This document shows, in pieces, positions 1-2,771 of a stretch of DNA of 5,050 nucleotides. Each line of letters begins with the position of its first letter. Position 1 is the stretch's first letter. The DNA is from Candidatus Iainarchaeum sp. Lineage in GTDB: Archaea > Iainarchaeota > Iainarchaeia > Iainarchaeales > GCA-2688035. Under the pieces are notes generated by a model that saw only the letters and a list, made by a program, of their open reading frames with translations, ran no database searches and was not told the DNA's origin. The DNA is taken from positions 1-5,050 of the forward strand of contig JAQTNI010000059.1 in the NCBI GenBank assembly GCA_028713935.1. The letters are read 5' to 3'. A program made the position numbers and the translations under genes.

Positions 1-9
1 AGAATTAAC

Positions 10-22
10 AAATTAAATAATA
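10..22 (+). promoter_or_regulatory. Possible archaeal TATA-like box (aaattaaataata) for a leaderless or near-leaderless transcript starting near ATG 40
   Basis: Positions 1-22 contain only 2 G/C. The A/T box is centred about 24 nt upstream of ATG 40, and there is no good Shine-Dalgarno sequence before that ATG (only agg at 27-29). This spacing fits an archaeal TATA-to-TSS distance with a leaderless mRNA. It is a pattern argument only. Confidence 0.3.
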
Positions 23-39
23 CGTCAGGCGTACAGCCC

Positions 40-303
40 ATGGAGCTCGTTGAAATTGAGTGGATAAGAACAAATAGAATGATTGAGGAATTGATTCGAT
101 CTCTCAGGGAAAATATTCCAGTGCAAACCCGGATAAAAAGAATTTTTGAGACTGCTTTGGTTGCATATCCAAAAGATTTGCAGATTTTGAAAAATTTGGA
201 AGACATTGAAGCTGCACTGGGAAACACAAATGAAAGCATAAAAAATTTGGAGGATACCAGAAGAACAGTAAAAAAGCTTTTGAAACAAATGGAGAAGCAA
301 TAA
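40..303 (+). CDS. Small hypothetical protein (87 aa), charged and predicted helical/coiled-coil, with an internal repeat (ILKNLEDIE / SIKNLEDTR)
   Basis: ORF ATG 40 to TAA 301-303. The next gene starts 15 nt downstream on the same strand, an operon-like arrangement. The frame has no stop back to position 1 (RINKLNNTSGVQP-M...), so a longer gene entering from the left edge cannot be excluded. However, bases 1-24 look intergenic because they are extremely AT-rich. I recognise no family. Confidence 0.55.
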   Translation: MELVEIEWIRTNRMIEELIRSLRENIPVQTRIKRIFETALVAYPKDLQILKNLEDIEAALGNTNESIKNLEDTRRTVKKLLKQMEKQ

Positions 304-306
304 ATT

Positions 307-311
307 GGTGG
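307..311 (+). promoter_or_regulatory. Shine-Dalgarno-like site (ggtgg) for the membrane-protein gene
   Basis: ggtgg lies 7 nt upstream of ATG 319. Confidence 0.5.
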
Positions 312-318
312 TTAAAAA

Positions 319-1182
319 ATGGATTTTGCGCAGGTTTTGTATGATTTGTTTGGCAAGAGAATTTCTGATTTGACAAACGGCCTGCCAAGCCAGTATTCCC
401 CTGTGGAATACATTGTTTATGGCATTGTTTTTCTTGCAGCAGCTTTTTTCATTGTTTACCCTTTCCTGAACAAGCGCGGAATAAAATTTGACGCAAAATT
501 TGCCTTAAGCGCATTGCCGTTCATTGTGCTGGCTTCCGCAGTGAGAGTGCTTGGAGACATGCATGTAATCAGGGGAAGCCCTTTTCCATGGGAATGGAGC
601 TATTATTTTGTAACTCCCGGCTTGTATGTTTTGTTCACTGCAATTCCATTGTTCTTTATCTGGTTTTCATACAAATTAGGGCAAAAAACAAAAATTTCTT
701 TTTACAAATGGCTTGCGGGATTTGGAATTGTTTTTTCAGCGCCAGTAGTGATTTTTGAATTGATTAATTTCAGGGCTTGGGCTGGCTTTTTTGAAGTGAT
801 TGCGCTTGTTGCAATTGTATGGGCAATAACTGTTTTTGCAGTGGATTTTGTTTCAAAAAAAATCAGAAAAAAAGAGCTTTTTTCAAGGGGAATTTACAAG
901 CTTGCATTGGCTGGACAGCTTTTTGACGGCTGTTCAACTTTTGTTGCAACAACTTTTTTCAGGTGCGGGGAACAGCACCCTGTTTCAGGGTTTTTTTTGG
1001 GTGCATTTCCATTCAGCTTTGTGCTAGTAAAAATCGCGCTTGTACTGCTGATTGTTTATTTTGTGGAAAAAGAGATTGATGATGATAATATGAAGAATTT
1101 CATTCCCTTCTTGTTAGTCTGGCTTGGATTCGGCCCAGGCTTAAGGGACTTGCTCACGCTTGGAGTAGGCACCTGCCTGTAA
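319..1182 (+). CDS. Polytopic integral membrane protein (287 aa, about 8 predicted TM helices), probably archaeal DUF63 family
   Basis: ORF ATG 319 to TAA 1180-1182, preceded by an SD-like site. It has repeated 18-25-residue hydrophobic stretches (VEYIVYGIVFLAAAFFIVYPFL, FALSALPFIVLASAVRVLG, YYFVTPGLYVLFTAIPLFFIWF, WLAGFGIVFSAPVVIFELI, FFEVIALVAIVWAITVFAVDFV, FFLGAFPFSFVLVKIALVLLIVYFV, FIPFLLVWLGFGPGL). The segment AGQLFDGCSTFVATTFFRCGEQHPVSG resembles the conserved LDxxxT...GExH core I recall for DUF63. The family call is from memory and was not searched. Confidence 0.85.
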   Translation: MDFAQVLYDLFGKRISDLTNGLPSQYSPVEYIVYGIVFLAAAFFIVYPFLNKRGIKFDAKFALSALPFIVLASAVRVLGDMHVIRGSPFPWEWSYYFVTPGLYVLFTAIPLFFIWFSYKLGQKTKISFYKWLAGFGIVFSAPVVIFELINFRAWAGFFEVIALVAIVWAITVFAVDFVSKKIRKKELFSRGIYKLALAGQLFDGCSTFVATTFFRCGEQHPVSGFFLGAFPFSFVLVKIALVLLIVYFVEKEIDDDNMKNFIPFLLVWLGFGPGLRDLLTLGVGTCL

Positions 1183-1184
1183 AA

Positions 1185-1204
1185 TTTTTTCAGTTGAAAA
1201 AAAA
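1185..1204. terminator. Bidirectional oligo-T terminator between convergent genes (T6-cagttg-A8)
   Basis: The whole 23-nt spacer between TAA 1180-1182 (+ gene) and TAA 1206-1208 (- gene) is aa-tttttt-cagttg-aaaaaaaa-g. It gives a T6 run on the + strand and a T8 run on the - strand, and the two runs can pair. Archaeal RNA polymerase is known to terminate at oligo-T runs. Confidence 0.55.
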
Positions 1205-1205
1205 G

Positions 1206-1439
1206 TTATTTGTCAGTAGAACGCCTTCTTTTTTTTCTGCGTTCTGTTGGCGCCCACATTCCAGTTTGCGGGTTTACTTCATCAGTATAATTCCTTAAAT
1301 CAAATTTTGCTACAAATGGCTTTCCGTTTCTTTCATGGAAAAGCTCTGCTTTCCCATCCTTGAGCATTTTTTTAACTGCAGGGAGATTAATCTCGTCTCC
1401 TTCAAAAACTATGCATCTATTCGGGTATCCTGAATTCAT
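1206..1439 (-). CDS. Hypothetical protein, minimal 77-aa version, with a strongly basic C-terminal tail (TERRKKRRRSTDK). It is probably only the C-terminal part of a longer, frame-disrupted gene.
   Basis: ORF ATG 1437-1439 to TAA 1206-1208. ATG 1439 has no SD (upstream reads ...actgatgaaatcgag-ATG). The frame stays open for 87 more codons upstream, to TAA 1701-1703. See the next feature and the findings. Confidence 0.5.
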   Translation of the reverse strand: MNSGYPNRCIVFEGDEINLPAVKKMLKDGKAELFHERNGKPFVAKFDLRNYTDEVNPQTGMWAPTERRKKRRRSTDK

Positions 1440-1722
1440 CTCGATTTCATCAGTTCTAAAAACAAGGTGAGCTGTAGGGATGCTTTTTCCTATCTGATTT
1501 TTTCTTTGTGTTTTATTCCTACTATCAACAGGTCCAACACGCAGTTCTGCTGGTCCTTTTCTGCTTCCTGCTATTTCATCTGTCTTAGAGCGATAATAAA
1601 CAGGGATTTGCCCTTTCGTTGGGTGAGTGCCGAAGCCAACAGGGGCGCTTTGTGCAAGCCTTCTGTTTCCTGGCCTTTTCTCCTGTGGTCTTCCGGCTAT
1701 TTAATCCCCTTTCTTTCTGCAT
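1440..1722 (-). other. Likely 5' part of the preceding gene. It consists of a start-less in-frame extension (1440-1700) plus a 45-codon ORF in the adjacent frame (ATG 1720-1722 to TAA 1585-1587).
   Basis: My hand translation of the 1439 frame upstream gives IAGRPQEKRPGNRRLAQSAPVGFGTHPTKGQIPVYYRSKTDEIAGSRKGPAELRVGPVDSRNKTQRKNQIGKSIPTAHLVFRTDEIE. It contains no stop and no ATG, GTG or TTG. The only ATG is in another frame at 1720-1722 (MQKERGLNSRKTTGEKARKQKACTKRPCWLRHSPNERANPCLLSL*), 5 nt after the bfr stop, with aagga about 10 nt upstream. Skipping one nucleotide between 1588 and 1700 would join the two frames. Confidence 0.35.
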
Positions 1723-1727
1723 TCTGT

Positions 1728-2147
1728 TTAGTTTCCTTCTAACATTGTTTCAAAGAAATTGTGGTGGCCTTCTTCGTCAACCAGAAGGTCTTCGAACAGG
1801 CGTTTTGAAACAGGGTCTTTGAGCTTTTCGCAGTAATCAAGGGCTTCCTTGTAAAATTTGATTGTGTCGGATTCTGCTTTTGCATCAAGTTCCATCATTT
1901 TTTTGAGTTCAAGGCCGACAGTGATTTTTTCCGGCTGAGTTGTCGGAGTTCCGCCAAGGTAATCAAGCCTTTCAGCAAGCCTTTCAGTGTGCTGCATTTC
2001 CTCAACAGCAATTTTCCTGAGCTTGTCTGAAATTTCAGCGCTTTTCAGGCCCCTTGCAATAATATGCTGCCACATGTACTGTATAGCAACCTGAAGCTCC
2101 ATTCCAATTGCCTTGTTCAGGTATTCTGCAAGCTTTTTATCAACCAT
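1728..2147 (-). CDS. bfr: Bacterioferritin-family ferritin-like di-iron protein (139 aa)
   Basis: ORF ATG 2145-2147 to TAA 1728-1730, with a GGAGG SD. It aligns by eye to E. coli Bfr along its whole length (YLNKxxGxELxAIxQY; EEMQH vs DEMKH; DEEGH vs DEEGH; ETxL). The ferroxidase ligands are in place: E17, E50-x-x-H53, E92, E126-x-x-H129 (Bfr E18, E51, H54, E94, E127, H130). M51 matches the heme-axial Met52 of Bfr. It is about 19 aa shorter than E. coli Bfr at the C-terminus. Confidence 0.9.
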   Translation of the reverse strand: MVDKKLAEYLNKAIGMELQVAIQYMWQHIIARGLKSAEISDKLRKIAVEEMQHTERLAERLDYLGGTPTTQPEKITVGLELKKMMELDAKAESDTIKFYKEALDYCEKLKDPVSKRLFEDLLVDEEGHHNFFETMLEGN

Positions 2148-2154
2148 TAAAAAA

Positions 2155-2159
2155 CCTCC
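2155..2159 (-). promoter_or_regulatory. Shine-Dalgarno site (GGAGG on the minus strand) for bfr
   Basis: cctcc at 2155-2159 is GGAGG on the minus strand, 7 nt upstream of ATG 2147. Confidence 0.7.
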
Positions 2160-2193
2160 AAATCAAAGGAATTAGAAATAAGGAAATGGGAAA

Positions 2194-2210
2194 ATATTAT
2201 ATATATAATG
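2194..2210 (-). promoter_or_regulatory. Candidate TATA box of the bfr promoter
   Basis: attatatatataat lies about 47-60 nt upstream of ATG 2147. A TSS about 25 nt downstream of it would leave a roughly 25-30-nt leader containing the SD. There is no transcript data. Confidence 0.4.
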
Positions 2211-2290
2211 CGAAAAAGGGAGGGAAAGTTTGGCAAAAACAAGAATTGGTTATGTATAATTAGGAATTGGCTTGTTTAATTAAAATAAGG

Positions 2291-2319
2291 AAAAAGAAAA
2301 AAAATAAGAAAAATAAAAA
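2291..2319 (-). terminator. Oligo-T terminator region downstream of the zinc-ribbon gene
   Basis: The plus strand has A5 (2291-2295), A8 (2297-2304), A5 (2309-2313) and A5 (2315-2319). On the minus strand these are T5/T8/T5/T5 runs, 23-50 nt downstream of the TAA at 2342-2344. Confidence 0.5.
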
Positions 2320-2341
2320 GATTGTTTAGGGTTATGCAAAT

Positions 2342-2506
2342 TTAGTATGGTTTCTTTTTTGCATAACAATCTCTGCAATAAACTGGCTTGCCTTCGGTTG
2401 GCTTGAATGGAACTTCGCATTCTTTGCCGCATTCGGAGCAAGTTGCTTTATGCATTTCGCGAGGCCCAAAACCCCTTCCGGAGCCGCCTCTGTCAAAATT
2501 GCCCAT
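2342..2506 (-). CDS. Small CxxC-x17-CxxC zinc-ribbon protein (54 aa) with a Gly/Arg-rich (RGG-like) N-terminus. It is absent from the ORF track because it is under 60 aa.
   Basis: Hand translation from ATG 2504-2506 to TAA 2342-2344 gives MGNFDRGGSGRGFGPREMHKATCSECGKECEVPFKPTEGKPVYCRDCYAKKKPY. There are exactly 17 residues between CSEC and CRDC. The core MHKAxCxxCGKxCEVPFKPxxxKPVYCxxC matches what I recall of the CxxC-x17-CxxC domain family (TIGR04272-type). It has a strong SD (GGAGGAG) 5 nt upstream. Confidence 0.85.
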   Translation of the reverse strand: MGNFDRGGSGRGFGPREMHKATCSECGKECEVPFKPTEGKPVYCRDCYAKKKPY

Positions 2507-2511
2507 GTTTT

Positions 2512-2518
2512 CTCCTCC
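2512..2518 (-). promoter_or_regulatory. Shine-Dalgarno site (GGAGGAG on the minus strand) for the zinc-ribbon gene
   Basis: ctcctcc at 2512-2518 is GGAGGAG on the minus strand, 5 nt upstream of ATG 2506. This site would fall inside the competing 62-aa track ORF (2332-2520). Confidence 0.75.
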
Positions 2519-2642
2519 ATGAATAAAATACTAAATTATGTCTTTAAGCAATAAAACTGGGATGCGATGGGATTATTAGCATCACTATTGCGGGTTTTCA
2601 CTGGTTTTTTTATATTAATCCAAAAATACATTGTTTTTCCCA

Positions 2643-2758
2643 CATTGCAAAAGCATTTGCTTTTGCGATGCGTCGCAAAGCCCTGCTTTGCAACGAGGCT
2701 TTTGAAAGCGAGCATTGCGAAGCATTTTTCCCAAGGCTTTTTGCAATAGCAAAAAGGC
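2643..2758. repeat. Cluster of related imperfect palindromes or hairpins built on GC-A(3-5)-GC / GC-T(3-5)-GC arms
   Basis: HP1 (2643-2670) is cattGCAAAAGCa-tt-tGCTTTTGCgatg: 12-13 bp, with one T:G at 2646/2667. HP2 (2663-2678) is ttgcga-tgcg-tcgcaa; it overlaps HP1 and HP3 and is mutually exclusive with them. HP3 (2671-2695) is cgtcGCAAAGC-cct-GCTTTGCaacg: 10 bp plus one C/A mismatch. An everted palindrome gcttt-tg-aaagc lies at 2698-2709. HP5 (2735-2758) is ggCTTTTTGC-aata-GCAAAAAGgc: 8 bp, plus one outer G-C pair (2735/2758) beyond a G/G mismatch. Related aaggcttt motifs occur at 2697, 2734, 2755 and 2777, and there is a tandem gcgagcatt/gcgaagcatt at 2708-2726. Confidence 0.7.
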
Positions 2759-2771
2759 TTTAGCGAGCGCT

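Noticed and set aside
25-388. Minus-strand ORFs 25-300 (91 aa) and 104-388 (94 aa)
   Set aside because: They are antisense to the plus-strand 40-303 ORF and to the start of the membrane-protein gene. Their composition is Phe/Cys/Gln-rich, and they have no SD or promoter context.
836-1027. Alternative-frame 63-aa ORF and long homopolymers inside the membrane-protein gene (A8 855-862, A7 867-873, T8 991-998), considered as possible phase-variation or slippage tracts
   Set aside because: The A runs simply encode KKIRKKE in a cytoplasmic loop and the T run encodes FFL in a TM segment, which is normal for an AT-rich genome. The main 287-aa frame is intact and the alternative ORF has no start context.
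1701-1730. The bfr stop (TAA 1728-1730) and the downstream open frame are in the same reading frame, separated by 8 sense codons and a second TAA (1701-1703). This raised the idea of stop-codon readthrough or TAA reassignment creating a Bfr fusion.
   Set aside because: Sharing a frame has a one-in-three chance. Two consecutive TAA readthroughs are implausible. TAA is also the stop of four other well-defined genes in this window, so reassignment would be inconsistent with them. The out-of-frame ATG at 1722 is a simpler explanation.
1467-1822. Plus-strand ORFs 1467-1742 (91 aa) and 1619-1822 (67 aa), and the idea that the 50%-GC patch 1521-1700 is a structured RNA gene
   Set aside because: The plus ORFs are antisense shadows of minus-strand coding sequence and overlap bfr. 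They encode Cys/Phe/Ser-rich junk. I searched the patch by eye for helices and found only 4-bp stems (for example aggg/ccct) and no tRNA, SRP RNA or C/D-box signatures. Arg/Gly/Pro-rich coding explains the GC content.
2332-2520. 62-aa minus-strand track ORF (MEEKTWAILTEAAPEG...)
   Set aside because: It overlaps the 54-aa zinc-ribbon frame, which has a strong SD, a precise CxxC-x17-CxxC pattern and a terminator. The 62-aa ORF would begin on top of that SD and has no recognisable features.
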